Notes: generated by a model from the sequence alone, not told the origin. A stretch of DNA of 64,000 nucleotides from Candidatus Altiarchaeota archaeon (GCA_043800255.1 JAZDNF010000006.1:32001-96000); one strand, 5' to 3'; counted from the first letter of the stretch, positions 9,120 to 18,756 are shown. A program made the numbers and translations.

Positions 9120-9554
9120 GTGCTACGCATAATCGCGGATACAAACATCATACTATCAGGGTTATTCTTCGATAAAAACCCCGAGAAACTGTTACTGCTA
9201 GCCATAAACGGCGACCTAAAACTCATAATCCCCGAACTTGTCATAACAGAGGTAAACGAAAAAATAGAGGGAAAATTCTCAAAACAAGAAAACCTGGGGG
9301 CAGCAAGGGACTTTTGGTTCGTACTCCAAAAAGCATTCCGCGAAACAAAAGAGGACATACTCTCCGATAAGACTACTCCCATAGACTGTCCTGACTCCGA
9401 TGACACTAAGATTCTGGAATATGCAACCAAGATTAAGCCAGATTACGTCATATCAGGAAACCAACACGTACTCGACATCAAAGACCCTCCCTGTCAGATA
9501 ACCAAACTAAGAGCCTTTTTAGAAAAAGAATTTCCAGGAATCCTGGAGGATTAA
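9120..9554 (+). CDS. PIN-domain putative toxin (VapC-like)
   Basis: RIIADTNIILSG, ITEV, CPDSDDTKILEYA, YVISGN; GTG start immediately after upstream TAA. Confidence 0.85.
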   Translation: MLRIIADTNIILSGLFFDKNPEKLLLLAINGDLKLIIPELVITEVNEKIEGKFSKQENLGAARDFWFVLQKAFRETKEDILSDKTTPIDCPDSDDTKILEYATKIKPDYVISGNQHVLDIKDPPCQITKLRAFLEKEFPGILED

Positions 9555-9582
9555 TCCTTCCAGAGACCTAAAAAAATGCACG

Positions 9583-9622
9583 TTGATAACATGGTGTGTT
9601 AGCCAATACAAGGGGTTATCAA
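9583..9622. other. hairpin between convergent genes
   Basis: ttgataac (9583-9590) / gttatcaa (9615-9622) with inner tgtgtt/aataca stem. Confidence 0.4.
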
Positions 9623-9662
9623 AATCAGCAGAGACAAAGGGAATTTGGTGTTTGAGTCAAGC

Positions 9663-9686
9663 AGTGATGAGAATCAGCTACTCCAC
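9663..9686 (+). repeat. direct repeat, copy 2
   Basis: 22/24 identity with 6972-6995. Confidence 0.7.
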
Positions 9687-9697
9687 GGCTATGGTCG

Positions 9698-10384
9698 TTA
9701 CTTGAGTCTGTTGGTGAGGGTTTGTCCGGGGCCTGCTTTTCTCTGGTTTTCTCTGAATCTGATGCGGCCCTGAAGTGAGAGGATGTCCTTGTAAGCGTAG
9801 ACTTCATCTGTTGCAGAGACTATGTCGTCTTTGGCGCGGATTCCGCCGCTCTTGGAGATGATAGGCCCTCTGGCCCGCATCACGCCGGATTTGGACTCTA
9901 TGTCCCCGTTGGCTGTGATGCTCCCATCCCAGGCGATGAGACTGTCGCCTGATGTTATGGAACCTCCGGCTGCTATGTCGCCCTTGAATGAGTTTATGGC
10001 CCCGCTGTGAGAGTATATGTCTCCGCCGGCCCGTATCGGGCCATTGTCAGCGTTTATGTCCCTCTCAGCCCGTATGCTGCCGACCGCGTCTATGCCGCCG
10101 TCAGCTTCTATCCTGCTCTTCGCCCTGAAATCAGGATTCGATATTATGAGCCTGCCTCCGGTCTTCAGGCGCTCAATCTGGGAGCAGGACTCGGCCAGGA
10201 TGAAATTCTCATCCCCGCCCCTGACGGCAACCTGATTTCCCACCAGGACTGTGTAATCAATGCCTTCGAGAGTGACCTTCCCATTGGAAACAGGGCATTG
10301 CCTGCCTCCGACCGTTAACTCAGCCAGAGGTTTGATGTCCTCAAGCCCGCCCCTCTCTCCCGCACAGTAGACCTTCTGGACCAT
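9698..10384 (-). CDS. beta-solenoid repeat protein (G-x-I-x-A type repeats)
   Basis: Many tandem 6-7-residue repeats (GGIDAV GSIRAE RDINAD GPIRAG GDIYSH ...), resembling DUF342/FapA-type beta-helices. Confidence 0.6.
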   Translation of the reverse strand: MVQKVYCAGERGGLEDIKPLAELTVGGRQCPVSNGKVTLEGIDYTVLVGNQVAVRGGDENFILAESCSQIERLKTGGRLIISNPDFRAKSRIEADGGIDAVGSIRAERDINADNGPIRAGGDIYSHSGAINSFKGDIAAGGSITSGDSLIAWDGSITANGDIESKSGVMRARGPIISKSGGIRAKDDIVSATDEVYAYKDILSLQGRIRFRENQRKAGPGQTLTNRLK

Positions 10385-10470
10385 AGTCTAAATTAAAGAA
10401 TAATATACGCATCCCCTGAATAAAAGAGGCTTCCGCAAGACTTTTAACGAGGGGCATCTAATAGTATTGA

Positions 10471-11613
10471 ATGCTTTCTAGGGTTTTGGTTGCGGGTTTG
10501 AACTGCCGTCCTGTGGCAGTCTCAGCCAAAAAGTTCATACCAGAAGTTTATGTCGTAGACTACTTCGGCGACGTTGACCTGAAACGGGCTGCCGACGGCG
10601 TCTACTCCATAGGCAAAGAGTACTCGCTGGACAGGCTGCTCAAGCGAACGAAGAAGGTCATAGGGAGGGTGAAACCTGAGGGAGTGCTGCTGACCTCAGA
10701 ATTAGGATGCAACCCAGACACCGTCAGAGAGGTGGGATACTCCTGCAAGATAATTGGGAACGGCTTCGAGCAGGTCAACTCAGTCAGAGAGTGGAAAGGC
10801 TTCTTCCACACGCTTGACAAACTGGGCATAAAACATCCGAAGACGATTCTGGTGGACAAGATAATGAACGTCGAATGGGCGTGCAAGACTATAGGGTTCC
10901 CGCTGGTGACGAAGCCATTGCACGGCTCCTCAGGACAGGGAGTCAGGCTCATCCACTCCCTGAAGGAGGCCCTTACAGAGTTCGACAAATACAAGAGGAT
11001 ACTCATCCAAGAGTACGTCAGAGGCGTGAACGCCAGCGTCTCCGTGATTTCAACAGGAGCTGATGCGACTGCAGTCTCCTTGAACGAGCAGCTCCTAGGC
11101 AAGAATGAATTCGGACAGGAGAACCAGTTCGGATACTGCGGGAACATAGTGCCATTGGAAAGCAGACTCGAGAGGAAGGCCAGAGAAGACGCCGAGACAA
11201 TATGCAGGGAGTTCAAGCTGGTCGGGAGCGTCGGAATCGACATGGTCCTGGCAGACCAGCCGTATGTGATAGAAGTGAACCCCAGATTCCACGACACGCT
11301 CGAATGCATCGAAAGGGCATACGACATTAACCTCGTCAAAGCCCACATTGAAGCAATCGGCGGGATCCTGCCAACGGTAGGGAAATCTGGAAAAACCTAC
11401 GCGAAGAGCATACTTTTTGCGGACGGCAGGCTGAAGATAGCAGGCAACCTGGAGAACGTTGAGGGCGCGGCAGACATAATGAGAGAGGGAGCGATCGTCG
11501 AAAGAGGCAACCCGGTGTGCAGCGCCATAGCAGAGGGGAAGGACAGGGACGCAGCGCTTTCAAGCCTGAACGACAAGATAATCACATTAAAAAAATGCTT
11601 CAGAAGGATTTAA
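10471..11613 (+). CDS. ATP-grasp domain protein (COG2232-like carboligase)
   Basis: VDYFGDVD, VTKPLHGSSGQGV, IQEYVRG, YCGN, GIDMV, VIEVNPRF. Confidence 0.85.
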   Translation: MLSRVLVAGLNCRPVAVSAKKFIPEVYVVDYFGDVDLKRAADGVYSIGKEYSLDRLLKRTKKVIGRVKPEGVLLTSELGCNPDTVREVGYSCKIIGNGFEQVNSVREWKGFFHTLDKLGIKHPKTILVDKIMNVEWACKTIGFPLVTKPLHGSSGQGVRLIHSLKEALTEFDKYKRILIQEYVRGVNASVSVISTGADATAVSLNEQLLGKNEFGQENQFGYCGNIVPLESRLERKAREDAETICREFKLVGSVGIDMVLADQPYVIEVNPRFHDTLECIERAYDINLVKAHIEAIGGILPTVGKSGKTYAKSILFADGRLKIAGNLENVEGAADIMREGAIVERGNPVCSAIAEGKDRDAALSSLNDKIITLKKCFRRI

Positions 11614-11614
11614 C

Positions 11615-12955
11615 ATGCTTCTGCCGATAATAGCGTACCTTATGCTGCTGCTTGGCATAGGCATCTACTACAGCAGGATAAGAAGCCTTGACGAGTTCAT
11701 AATCGCCGGCAAAAACCTGGGCTTCTACGTTCTGGTAACTTCAATAGCTGCCACATTCTACGGCGCTGCGGCAGTGTTGGGCGGGGCGGAGCTGGCATAC
11801 TACTTCGGATTGGGAGCATTGTGGTTCATGGTACCATTCTACATAGGGAACCTGCTGGTCATACCATTCCTGGACAAGATCGAGAAATCCGGGGCTAAGA
11901 CCCTGCCGGATTTCCTGGGAAAATACTATGACAGCAGGATCGTAGTCCTGTCCTCCCTGCTGCTTGTAGTTTTATGCCTGGTGCCTTCCGAGATTCTGGC
12001 CATAGGGAAAATAATGAATGTTCTGATGCCCTACTCCACGGAAGGCTGGATGATAGCAATCACAGCGGTCGTGATACTGTACACCCTGCTCGGCGGGATG
12101 CGGTCGGTAGCGCACTCTGACATGATACAGTTCACTATCATGGCATTGTCTTTCGCGATTCTGCTGCCGTACGCGCTCAAATACAGCCCGGATTTCCTAT
12201 CCAACGTCCCGGGCGAAAACCTCGACCCTCTGGCATATTTCAGGATGCTCCCCCAGGACGCGATAAGATGGACCATACTATTGCTTTTCCTGCCGATAAC
12301 AAGCTCGCCCCTCTACATGAGGTTCTTCGCATCCCTGAAGAAAGTCGACAGGAAGAAGGCGCTGGCCGGCACAGTAATGATATATTTTGCGATTGACATG
12401 ATACTGCTGTCCAGTGGCATGATAGCCTACGCCAACTCAGAAAAGCTGGGAATAACAGAGGAGAACGCCGACATATCGCTGCTGATACTGGGCCTGAATG
12501 CGCTGCCGAAAGGCCTAACGGCGGTGTTCATAGTAGGTCTGCTGGCTGTCATGATGAGCACCGCCGATTCCTGGCTGCACGCTGGCGCCTCAAGCCTCGC
12601 CTATGACATACTGAAGAGAAGACAAGCCAATAGTGAAAGCAGCCTCATAATGGCATCCAGGCTTTTCATAATAGTGCTGGGAGTGGGAAGCCTGCTGATA
12701 GCCCTCTACTTTTTCGACATAATCGAAGCCCTGAGCGCGCTGCTGACAGTATGGATTTCAGGAGTCCTCGTGCCGACGATGGCAGCCCTGCTGTCTGTCA
12801 GAATGTCAAGCAGGGCGGCAGCCCTTTCGATGATATTAGGTACGTCAGCCTCGGTCCTTTGGACGGTAACGCCCATAATGCCGGTGGACCCGCTCTTTGT
12901 CGGCATTTTTTTCTCGCTCGCCGGCGCATTACTTGGAAGAAAACAGCGTATTTAA
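11615..12955 (+). CDS. sodium:solute symporter family protein
   Basis: About 13 hydrophobic segments; FIIAGK, SIAATFYG, YTLLGGMRSVAHSD, AVMMSTADS. Confidence 0.9.
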   Translation: MLLPIIAYLMLLLGIGIYYSRIRSLDEFIIAGKNLGFYVLVTSIAATFYGAAAVLGGAELAYYFGLGALWFMVPFYIGNLLVIPFLDKIEKSGAKTLPDFLGKYYDSRIVVLSSLLLVVLCLVPSEILAIGKIMNVLMPYSTEGWMIAITAVVILYTLLGGMRSVAHSDMIQFTIMALSFAILLPYALKYSPDFLSNVPGENLDPLAYFRMLPQDAIRWTILLLFLPITSSPLYMRFFASLKKVDRKKALAGTVMIYFAIDMILLSSGMIAYANSEKLGITEENADISLLILGLNALPKGLTAVFIVGLLAVMMSTADSWLHAGASSLAYDILKRRQANSESSLIMASRLFIIVLGVGSLLIALYFFDIIEALSALLTVWISGVLVPTMAALLSVRMSSRAAALSMILGTSASVLWTVTPIMPVDPLFVGIFFSLAGALLGRKQRI

Positions 12956-12982
12956 TCTGCAAGGATTAATTGTCTATCTGAC

Positions 12983-13948
12983 ATGAAAGAGCTGATGATA
13001 TCATTAGCGGTTATCCTGCTCGTAACAGGCACCGTAGACGCCCAGATAAGGCAAAAAACGAGCATGGACGTCAACGTCACAGGCACAGAATCGGGGATGC
13101 TCTGCGCCGGCGAGCAGATAAAGGTGAGCGTGACAGACAGGCACAAGGGCACGAAGTTGGATGGAGCTGACATTGACGTGTACTACAGCAGCACCAAGAT
13201 ACTGAACCTGGAGTCAGACGAGAGGGGAGAGGCGCACTTCGTCCCGGAAAAAGCAGGCACATACAGGGTAACAGCCGAGAGAAGCAGATACTATGACAAT
13301 GAGGTGAGCTTCTACGTTGAACAGTGCATTCCAACCACAACTACAAGCATTTTCGCCTGCCCGCTCGTGAGCGTCAACCCCGATCTTGAGACGGATTGCA
13401 TCGAAAGCGGGGGCACCGTTGTCGCGGAAACAACGCCCGACGGCTGCAAGCAGCCGCCGAAATGCCACTGCAATGGAGCTGTCTCAGAGAACTGGACCTG
13501 CCAGACGGAAACTACGACGACAGTTACCACCACCATAAGCCAGAGGCAGGTCGCAAACGACCTCTTCAACAGTTCGATGGGATACTATGATGCAGGAGAC
13601 TACAACAAGACTAGGGAGCAGATCACGCTAGCATGCGACATATACCGGAACATAAGCGACCTCCCCGCGCTTGAAGAGTGCGAGAAAGTGTTGGACAACC
13701 TGCCTATGATGTTCGAGACGCCTGAGAACGACACGCCGAAAACCACGCTCACCACCATAATGAGAGAACCGGAGAAGCGGGAGAAGAAGAATACTATAGG
13801 ATTGGTACTCGCCATCGTACTGTCGCTGTTCATAATCATCATACTCGGCTCGATGATGGCAGGCGGGAAGCCGAAATCCAGCAGCCTCGGCGGGCAGTTC
13901 AGGAACATCATAAGACTCGGCGGGAAGTCAAAGCTTGAGGAAATCTGA
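12983..13948 (+). CDS. secreted, C-terminally membrane-anchored surface protein
   Basis: Signal peptide, Ig/carboxypeptidase-regulatory-like beta domain, Cys-rich module, Thr runs, TPR-like helix pair, C-terminal TM. Confidence 0.7.
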   Translation: MKELMISLAVILLVTGTVDAQIRQKTSMDVNVTGTESGMLCAGEQIKVSVTDRHKGTKLDGADIDVYYSSTKILNLESDERGEAHFVPEKAGTYRVTAERSRYYDNEVSFYVEQCIPTTTTSIFACPLVSVNPDLETDCIESGGTVVAETTPDGCKQPPKCHCNGAVSENWTCQTETTTTVTTTISQRQVANDLFNSSMGYYDAGDYNKTREQITLACDIYRNISDLPALEECEKVLDNLPMMFETPENDTPKTTLTTIMREPEKREKKNTIGLVLAIVLSLFIIIILGSMMAGGKPKSSSLGGQFRNIIRLGGKSKLEEI

Positions 13949-13952
13949 GGAG

Positions 13953-15431
13953 ATGGCACAGACGCCGGAGATAAAACTCCCAGGAGACACGTCAAATGTC
14001 GTGATGCGGTTCGCCCCGAACCCGAACGGCCCTCCGACGATAGGCCACGCGAGGGGGATAACGGTAAACGACCATCTCGTCAGAAAATATGATGGACAAT
14101 TCATTCTCAGGTTCGACGACACAGACCCGAAGCTGAAGAAGCCGCTTCTTGAAGCGTACGACTGGTACGTGGAGGATATTAGATGGCTGGGCGCCGAACC
14201 GGACAGGATTATAATAGCATCCGATAGGATGCCAGAATACTATAAAGCGGCTGAGGAGCTCATCAGGATGGGGAAAGCGTACGCCTGCTCATGCCCGAAG
14301 GAGGATTTCAAAAAGCTCAAGGACGCCGGCAGGGAGTGCCAGTGCAGGCCTAAAAGCGCGGAAGAAAACCTTGAAGCCTGGAAGGGGATGCTCAAAGGCG
14401 ACTACGATGAGGGGGGCATCGTGCTCAGGATAAAAACGGACTTGGAAGGCGACGACCCTGCCATAAGGGACTGGGTGGCGTTCAGGATAGTGAAGGAAAG
14501 GCATCCGAGGGTGGGAGACAAGTACATGGTATGGCCTATGCTCGACTTCGAGTCAGCCATAGAAGACCGCCTGCAGGGCGTGACTCACATCATAAGAGGC
14601 AAAGACCTGATAGACTCTGAGAAGAGGCAGAAGTTCGTATACGATTACATGAACTGGAAGTACCCCATAACCCTCCACTGGGGCAGGATAAGATTGGAGG
14701 ATTTCGGCAAGTTCAGCACCAGCGCAATATCGAAGTCAATCGCGGAGGGCGCGTACTCCGGCTGGGATGACGTCAGGCTCCCGACACTAAGAGCCTTCAG
14801 GAGGAGGGGGATAACGGCTGAAGCCATCATAAGGACGATGCTGGCTTTAGGGCTGTCCGAGAGCGACATCAGCCTCAGCATGGAAAACGTCTACGCAGAG
14901 AACAGGAAGATACTCGACCCCCTGGCAGGCAGATACTTCTTTGTCGAGGATGACGGCTTCACCGTCTCAACCGAGGGCACCCCTGGAAAGACCGTAAGGC
15001 TGCCGCTGAACCCAAACAGGAAGTTCGATGGAACAAGGGACATGGCCTTAGAAGTCAAAGACAACAGGACAGTATGCTGCATACCCAGCCAGGATGCGAT
15101 GTCCCTCAAGGAGGGGGAGGTGATAAAGCTGATAGGCCAGTATGATGTCACTATCATGGAAGTTGACATTGAAGGCAAGCTCATCAGGGCGGAGTACACA
15201 AACAGCAAGGGAGGGAAAAAACTCCATTGGACGTTTCCGCCCGGGCAGAAGGCTGGCGGAGGTAGCGTCCGTGCTGAGATTCTCATGCCGGACGGCACTA
15301 AGAAGGAAGGATACGCCGAGCACTCCTGCGTTCACCTCAACGTTGGCGATATCGTCCAGTTCGAGAGGCTGGGCTTCTGCAGGCTAGACTCAAAAGAGCC
15401 GGCGCTCACATTCTGCTTCGGCCACAGCTGA
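13953..15431 (+). CDS. gltX: glutamate--tRNA ligase (archaeal type)
   Basis: RFAPNPNGPPTIGHAR (HIGH-like), RFDDTDP, THIIRGKD, KFSTS, QFERLGF; ATG 13953 follows GAGGAG. Confidence 0.95.
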   Translation: MAQTPEIKLPGDTSNVVMRFAPNPNGPPTIGHARGITVNDHLVRKYDGQFILRFDDTDPKLKKPLLEAYDWYVEDIRWLGAEPDRIIIASDRMPEYYKAAEELIRMGKAYACSCPKEDFKKLKDAGRECQCRPKSAEENLEAWKGMLKGDYDEGGIVLRIKTDLEGDDPAIRDWVAFRIVKERHPRVGDKYMVWPMLDFESAIEDRLQGVTHIIRGKDLIDSEKRQKFVYDYMNWKYPITLHWGRIRLEDFGKFSTSAISKSIAEGAYSGWDDVRLPTLRAFRRRGITAEAIIRTMLALGLSESDISLSMENVYAENRKILDPLAGRYFFVEDDGFTVSTEGTPGKTVRLPLNPNRKFDGTRDMALEVKDNRTVCCIPSQDAMSLKEGEVIKLIGQYDVTIMEVDIEGKLIRAEYTNSKGGKKLHWTFPPGQKAGGGSVRAEILMPDGTKKEGYAEHSCVHLNVGDIVQFERLGFCRLDSKEPALTFCFGHS

Positions 15432-17846
15432 TCAGAGGTAAATGCCGCGCAGGGTTCCTGAATCATCCTCCTGCGATATCACGTTGCCTGATTTCAGAGT
15501 GTACAGCACCTTGAGTTCGAAAATGTATGGATGATCAATGCCACCCTTCGGGCACGACAACACGACCGGGAACAGGGCTCCAGACATTATCGGGCCCCTC
15601 GCATAGCCCTGACAGTCTCCGGCAAACTGCACTCCAGAAACGTTCCAGTCCTCCCTGCTCGAGAAGCTGAGCTCGAATGTGCCGTTCCCGTAGGGCATCA
15701 TCGTCGCGAGAACCGGGATTATCTTATCAAAGCCTGATGACCTCAGCGAAACGTCAACGCAGTCGAGGCTCTCGTTCCAGTGGTTCCTGACCTTCCTGAC
15801 GCACTTACTCTCAACACACAGGTTATAGTAGTTGGACCTCACCACCATGTCGTTCACGCACAGGTAGGGGCCGTAGTAGTCCCCCGGGCAGTCCGAATGT
15901 TTCACGCACTCGACTATGCGGCCGCCGGAGTCCCTTAAGGTGACATATACCGTGTCTTCCAGGAACGTGGTATTCTCGTCCAATATCCTGACATTGTATG
16001 CCCCGGTTATGAGGCCGCTTATTTCGCCGCTGAACGGAATCTCAGAGGCGCACAGTATGCAGGTCCCATTGGCAGCCTGCGCCGTTATTCTAACAGTGAG
16101 GTTCTCGTTCTCGGCGTATAACATCGAAGTCAGCGTGTAGCAGGGCATCTCAGCCTCCAACGCCCCGTTAAAGATTATTTTACCGTCTGCCGAGCTTATG
16201 TTCCCCGCCTTTTCCCTGTCGCATTTCCCCAACCCCGGCAGAAACCTCAGCACAGGCTCCTCGGTCAGCACGATTATTGATGTCGTAGTGGTCGATGAAG
16301 TCGACGTAACCGTTGACAGAGTCGATGTGACCGAAGTTGACGTTATAGTCGCCGGCGGCTGGACGCCGTACACTCTAAGCCCAAGGTCATATTCGTAACC
16401 CAAACTGCCGAGGGACATCCACTCGCCTCCCAGGTTGATCCAGCCTCTGCCATACACTGGACGGCCATAGTCTGCGCCAATCCAACTGCCATTGACTTCA
16501 GGCCTGAGGACGATGAAAAAGTCGCCTGAGCGCAGCTCATAAGCCAGGTCAACGTTAGCCCATCCCAAACCAGAGGGAGCAGCAATCACAGGCTTCGCAA
16601 GAGGCACTCCAGGTTTGCCGTCTGCTCCCACGCCGTAGAGGATGACCTCAACCTCTGACGGATTTTCCATGACATGGAATCTAACACCCTTTATGGTGAA
16701 CGGATATCTTGCGGGCGTGAACCTGACGCCCAACATGCCAGAGCCGCCTGAGAAGCCAACCTTGCCCTCGAAGCCGGAGTCGTCGTAGGATAGCTCAACA
16801 GCATCATCCTGAAGGCAGCAGCAGTGTTTCCTGTCGGGGTTGGATGTCGTGCAATCCCAATCCCCCCTTGAATCGCGGACCCACACGCCGTCCGCTATCA
16901 CGCACCCTCCATCAGCATAGCATCTAGATTCGGTGGAACCGTATCTGTCCCTGCATAGTTGGTAGCAATTCTGCTCGTAGACCATTAACGAGGTCAGAAG
17001 AACAGTTGAGGTCGACGTGGATGACGTCGTGGTCGATGATGATGTCGTAGAGGATGACGTCGTGGAAGACGTCGAGGACGTTGACGTCGATGATGTAACA
17101 GGCACTGACGAGGTTGATGTCGTCGAGGATACAACCGTGCTCGAAGACGTTGACGTGCTCGTACTTGAGGATGTCGTAGTGCTTATGCTCGAAGAGCTTG
17201 TAGTGCTGGTTGACGAAGTCGTCGACGTGGTAGTCGACACGTGTACGGTGGTTGTTGTCGGCGGCACAGGCTGCATCCCGACAACCTGGATGCCCAGGTC
17301 ATACTGGTAGCCGATGTCCTTGAGCTGCGCCCAGCTGCCGTTCATGTCAACCCACCCTCTGAGCTCATGGGGAGCATCCTGGTCGCTCCCAAGCCAGCTC
17401 TCGTTGGCTCCCAACTGGGTCATGCCCACGTAGAAGCTCCCGGAAGTTATGACATAAACCAATTCTGCAGTATGCCATCCTCTGCCAGCAGGCTCTGCTG
17501 CGAACGGCCGTATCATGTCGGAGCCTGGCGCCTCATAGTAGCCGTCGTCGTCCATCAGGCGGACTATGAACTGCCGGGGATTGTCTGCGATATGATACCT
17601 GACTTCCTCAATCGTGAACGGATACCTCTGGGGCGTGAACTTAACGGCTAAGGTTGCGTTAGCGGCTGTGAACGCCATCTTGCCTTCGAAGGAGCCGTCA
17701 TCATAGTACAGTCCAACGGTTTCGAGCCCAGAGCCGGCGTCCAACGATGTTGAAGTGCCGGCAGGGACGTTCCCATTCTCAACGCAGCCTGCGATGGAAG
17801 CCAGCGTAAAAACCAGTAAAACGGACAGGAGATTAAACCTCTGCAT
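15432..17846 (-). CDS. large secreted lipoprotein/surface glycoprotein with duplicated beta domain and Ser/Thr linkers
   Basis: Lipobox-like IAGC; two ~145-aa homologous domains (YYDDGSFEG...YDLGIQV; SYDDSGFEG...YDLGLRV); long S/T tracts; Cys-rich modules. Confidence 0.75.
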   Translation of the reverse strand: MQRFNLLSVLLVFTLASIAGCVENGNVPAGTSTSLDAGSGLETVGLYYDDGSFEGKMAFTAANATLAVKFTPQRYPFTIEEVRYHIADNPRQFIVRLMDDDGYYEAPGSDMIRPFAAEPAGRGWHTAELVYVITSGSFYVGMTQLGANESWLGSDQDAPHELRGWVDMNGSWAQLKDIGYQYDLGIQVVGMQPVPPTTTTVHVSTTTSTTSSTSTTSSSSISTTTSSSTSTSTSSSTVVSSTTSTSSVPVTSSTSTSSTSSTTSSSTTSSSTTTSSTSTSTVLLTSLMVYEQNCYQLCRDRYGSTESRCYADGGCVIADGVWVRDSRGDWDCTTSNPDRKHCCCLQDDAVELSYDDSGFEGKVGFSGGSGMLGVRFTPARYPFTIKGVRFHVMENPSEVEVILYGVGADGKPGVPLAKPVIAAPSGLGWANVDLAYELRSGDFFIVLRPEVNGSWIGADYGRPVYGRGWINLGGEWMSLGSLGYEYDLGLRVYGVQPPATITSTSVTSTLSTVTSTSSTTTTSIIVLTEEPVLRFLPGLGKCDREKAGNISSADGKIIFNGALEAEMPCYTLTSMLYAENENLTVRITAQAANGTCILCASEIPFSGEISGLITGAYNVRILDENTTFLEDTVYVTLRDSGGRIVECVKHSDCPGDYYGPYLCVNDMVVRSNYYNLCVESKCVRKVRNHWNESLDCVDVSLRSSGFDKIIPVLATMMPYGNGTFELSFSSREDWNVSGVQFAGDCQGYARGPIMSGALFPVVLSCPKGGIDHPYIFELKVLYTLKSGNVISQEDDSGTLRGIYL

Positions 17847-17873
17847 GTTAGATATTCAGTTTAAAAAGAAAAA

Positions 17874-18308
17874 TCACCATATGTTGAAGAGGGTTATGCC
17901 ATCGACTTTAACGCCTCTGCCGGAGGTGTAGGACAGGACTCCCTTGAGCTTCACGTCCTTTCCTAAGTCTTCATTGTGGAGTTCTGCCGTGAGTTCGCCG
18001 CACTCTTCCGTCGGCGGAGACGGCGGGTTGATGACAGATATCTCGTCAAATGCTGTATAATGCCTGTTCAGTTCGTCGAAGACGTGAACCGTCAGCCGCA
18101 CGTCCCTTATGGCGGCAGGGCCGCCATTGCAGACGTCAGCGGAGCAGATGACATCAGGAGGATGCAGGTAACAGTCGAATTTTTTCATATAAGGCTCGGA
18201 GACCGCGGGCATGTTTGCAGAGTAGGTTCCACGAGAAAAAAGCGCCAGTATTAATATGACAAGAGACAATACTACAACCGCGGGCACAACGTATTTCCTT
18301 GAGTCCAT
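17874..18308 (-). CDS. membrane-anchored hypothetical protein
   Basis: N-terminal TM followed by a beta-rich domain with four Cys. Confidence 0.6.
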   Translation of the reverse strand: MDSRKYVVPAVVVLSLVILILALFSRGTYSANMPAVSEPYMKKFDCYLHPPDVICSADVCNGGPAAIRDVRLTVHVFDELNRHYTAFDEISVINPPSPPTEECGELTAELHNEDLGKDVKLKGVLSYTSGRGVKVDGITLFNIW

Positions 18309-18363
18309 GATAGTAAATCGCTATTTTTATTTATTAATGATAATATCAATATCTTATTTCGTT

Positions 18364-18391
18364 TGATGATCCGATGACTTCATGGAGGTGA
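18364..18391 (+). promoter_or_regulatory. candidate K-turn/K-loop in rpl7ae 5' UTR overlapping the SD
   Basis: TGATGA (18364) and GATGA-CTTC-atg-GAGG-TGA (18373-18391), box C/D-like halves that include SD GGAGGTGA 5 nt before ATG 18397. Confidence 0.55.
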
Positions 18392-18396
18392 CGTTT

Positions 18397-18756
18397 ATGG
18401 GTTATGTTAAGTTCGAGGCTCCGGCCGACCTTGTTGAGAAGGCGCTTGACGCGCTCGAGGCAGCCAGAGACGGCGGAAAAGTGAGGAAAGGCACCAACGA
18501 GGTGACCAAGGCAGTAGAACGCGGGAACGCCAAGCTTGTTCTGATAGGCAGCGATGTTGAGCCCCCTGAGATCGTCATGCACCTGCCTATGCTGTGCGAC
18601 GAGAAGGAGATACCCTACATCTACGTCAAGAAGGCCGAGATAGGTGATGCCGTCGGCATACACGTGCCAACCGCTGCCGCAGTAATAGTGGAGGAGAGCA
18701 AGAACAAGGACATGCTCTCGGACATTATTGAAAAGCTTAAGGAGATCAGAAAATAA
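18397..18756 (+). CDS. rpl7ae: 50S ribosomal protein L7Ae
   Basis: [27 protein letters not shown]; start moved to ATG 18397 behind the SD. Confidence 0.97.
   Translation: MGYVKFEAPADLVEKALDALEAARDGGKVRKGTNEVTKAVERGNAKLVLIGSDVEPPEIVMHLPMLCDEKEIPYIYVKKAEIGDAVGIHVPTAAAVIVEESKNKDMLSDIIEKLKEIRK

Noticed and set aside
9663-9720. Box C/D sRNA starting at GTGATGA
   Set aside because: No suitably placed CTGA D/D' boxes, and the other repeat copy has GTGATAA.
9625-9807. 60-aa minus-strand ORF spanning the direct repeat
   Set aside because: Out-of-frame overlap with the beta-solenoid gene, and no protein-like features.
17000-17270. Repetitive gtcga/gacgt-rich DNA
   Set aside because: Explained by Ser/Thr codons of the linker in the 15432-17846 protein; not an array or mobile repeat.
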